NCBI GenBank assembly: GCA_950097015.1
Contig: CATNEN010000030.1
Coordinates: forward strand, 1,178,001-1,242,000
Direction: 5' to 3'
From: Macrostomum hystrix
Lineage: Eukaryota > Animalia > Platyhelminthes
Length of the DNA: 64,000 nt
The translations under genes were made by a program, and so were the position numbers. Under the pieces are notes generated by a model. It saw only the letters and a program-made list of their open reading frames with translations, was not told where the DNA came from and searched no databases. The stretch's first letter is position 1. Each line of letters opens with the position of its first letter. Shown here one piece after another: positions 62,034 to 64,000 of the stretch.

Positions 62034-63575
62034 ATGGATGCTAAGATAAAGCCGAGTGCGGCCACTTTGGCGGCAATCAATTTCGCGTCTGGTGGTTTTG
62101 CCGGCTTCGTTGAAGTTTGCATTATGCATCCGATTGATCTAGTCAAGACTAGATACCAAGTCTACCCAGATACCAAGGCCAGCATTGTGACCTGTTTCAG
62201 AGATATGTACAAGGCAGAAGGGTGTGTACCATTACCATATACTGTGCTGGCAATATTTAATTCGGATTAAAAAATCTGGTTGTTATTTGTCATTGCAGAT
62301 TTCTATCCTATTACAAAGGTATTTTACCACCGCTGCTTGCTGAAACGCCTAAGCGGGCTGTTAAGTTTTTCACATTTGAAGAGTACAAGCGGCTATTTAA
62401 AACTCTTCCAATATCGTCTCCATTGGTGGGCCAATTTTCCTTATATTTTGTCACTACTAACAGTAGAATTAGTTGCATTTAGTATCGTCATTATTTCTAG
62501 GTCTACTCCGGAGCTGGCTTTATGTCTGGCTTCACTGAAGCATTTGTTATCAATCCGTTCGAGCGTGTGAAGGTTCTGCTACAGTCGCAGAGGCAGCAGT
62601 ATGCGCTGGTGAGCTGGCTTACAGTCCACAGAAGAAGCCGATATGTATCGAAAACAATATTTTCAGAGCCGATGCTCTCTTATTTAATCGTGGCAGCTCC
62701 TTGTTAATTGGACACGCGAAAGATTGCTGAACGGCTGATATATTGAATTTTTTAAATCATATTTTGAAAATCTTTTATGTTAAATAGTTCCCAAGATCCC
62801 CGGAATTGGTGAAATTCCTTAAGTTTGCGAAATCCCCTAGGTTAAAAATATTCCCCCAGGTTTGAAAAATCCCCCGGGTTTGTAAGTTTCCGTAGGTTCG
62901 GAAAATCCTCAGGTTAAAAATTTCCAAAGATTCGAGAAATTTCTTGAGATTAGAAAATTCCCAGGTTTGAAAAATGCCACCATTTTCGGAAATTCCCTAG
63001 ATTTGGAAAATCCACAGGTTCGAGAAAATCCGAAGATACAGAAAATCCCCAGGTTTGTAAAGTCCGCCATGATCGGAAAATTCCCGAGATTAGGGAAAAA
63101 TACCCAGGTTCGGAAAAGCCCTCATGTTCAGTAATTTATCTAGGTTTAGAAATCCCAGATATTTGAAAAATCCCAGCCCAGACTTTCCTAACTGCTGATT
63201 TCCGCAACCAACCCCGCCGCCGCCATCAATGCAGCAAGACTCCACCTGGGCCACTGTGCGCAAAATAGTTCGCACAGACGGCCTGGGCCTGCGCGGCCTG
63301 AACCTGGGCCTCACAGCCACCATTGGCCGGCACTCTGTGTTCAACTGCTTCTACTTCGGCATTTACTTCACCGGACTGGAGGCCACACGGTCGGCCGCTC
63401 TGCCCGGCCGGTGGGACATTGCGCGCAAATTCGGCATCGGATTCAGCGCCGGCACGTTGGCCTCCTGCATCAACATTCCCTTCGACGTGGCCAAATCCCG
63501 CATCCAGGGGCCGCAGGGCAAGATAAAATATCAGTCCTGCTTCCAGACTATTGGCCTGGTCTATAGGGAGGAGGG
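62034..63575 (+). CDS. SLC25A21: Mitochondrial 2-oxodicarboxylate carrier (ODC); 3' end runs out of the window
   Basis: Exons 62034 (or 62010)-62221, 62299-62425, 62501-62608, 63235-63575 with consistent phases. Carrier signatures HPIDLVKTR, NPFERVKV and IPFDVAKSR, plus the ODC-typical YKGILPPLLAETPKRAVKFFTFE. Confidence 0.93.
62770..63170. repeat. Old degenerate ~20-bp repeat in SLC25A21 intron 3
   Basis: AAAATCCCC(C)AGGTT(T/C)G recurs. Confidence 0.7.
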
Positions 63576-63589
63576 GTGAGTTCATCTGG

Positions 63590-64000
63590 GCTCTGGGATA
63601 ATTGAGGATCTGATGCTCACCTGATGGATCTGGGATAAATGAGGATCTGATGCTCACCTGATGGATCTGGGATCATTGAGGATCTGATGCTCACCTGATG
63701 GATCTGGGATAAATGAGGATCTGGTGCTCACCTGATGGATCTGGGATCATTAAGGATCTGATGCTCACCTGATGGATCTGGGATCATTGAGGATCTGATG
63801 CTCACCTGATGGATCTGGGATAATGAGGATCTGATGCTCACCTGATGGATCTGGGATCATTGAGGATCTGATGCTCACCTGATGGATCTGGGATCATTGA
63901 GGATCTGATGCTCACCTTGATAGGATCTGGGATCATTGAGGATCTGATGCTCACCTTGGCTTAGGATCTGGGATAATTGAGGATCTGATGCTCAACTGAA
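63590..64000. repeat. 37-bp minisatellite beginning right after an SLC25A21 donor
   Basis: Unit GAGGATCTGATGCTCACCTGATGGATCTGGGATCATT. Confidence 0.95.

Overview
This is eukaryotic animal genomic DNA with GT-AG introns, not a prokaryote. It is most likely a macrostomid flatworm such as Macrostomum lignano; that is an inference from the multi-zinc-knuckle vasa, the minisatellite-packed introns and the GC-rich exons in an AT-rich background. I reconstructed eight protein-coding genes by hand from splice sites with consistent intron phases. They are a 7-exon DEG/ENaC channel (+, 891-22203, first coding exon unresolved), a catalytically dead type II membrane cholinesterase-like (neurotactin-like) gene (-, 27556-33205), vasa with 8 CCHC knuckles (-), MRPL42 (-), an LC3/Atg8 gene (-), GMP reductase (+), EXTL3 (+) and the 5' part of the mitochondrial oxodicarboxylate carrier SLC25A21 (+). 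A tRNA-Lys(CTT) gene is also present. The non-coding DNA holds three tRNA-derived SINE families, a hAT MITE carrying an expandable minisatellite, two decayed Tc1 elements, a mariner-type MITE, a Merlin-like relic and more than 20 distinct minisatellites. The main leads are: (i) two divergent co-oriented gene clusters (LC3-MRPL42-vasa and GMPR-EXTL3-SLC25A21), in which each gene has a splice acceptor at or just upstream of its coding start, a possible SL-trans-spliced operon architecture, flanking a region with 11 perfect TAGGCCTA palindromes; (ii) apparent mechanisms that seed and copy minisatellites; (iii) altered conserved motifs in the channel, the dead esterase and vasa. Most long ORFs in the supplied track are minisatellite artefacts.
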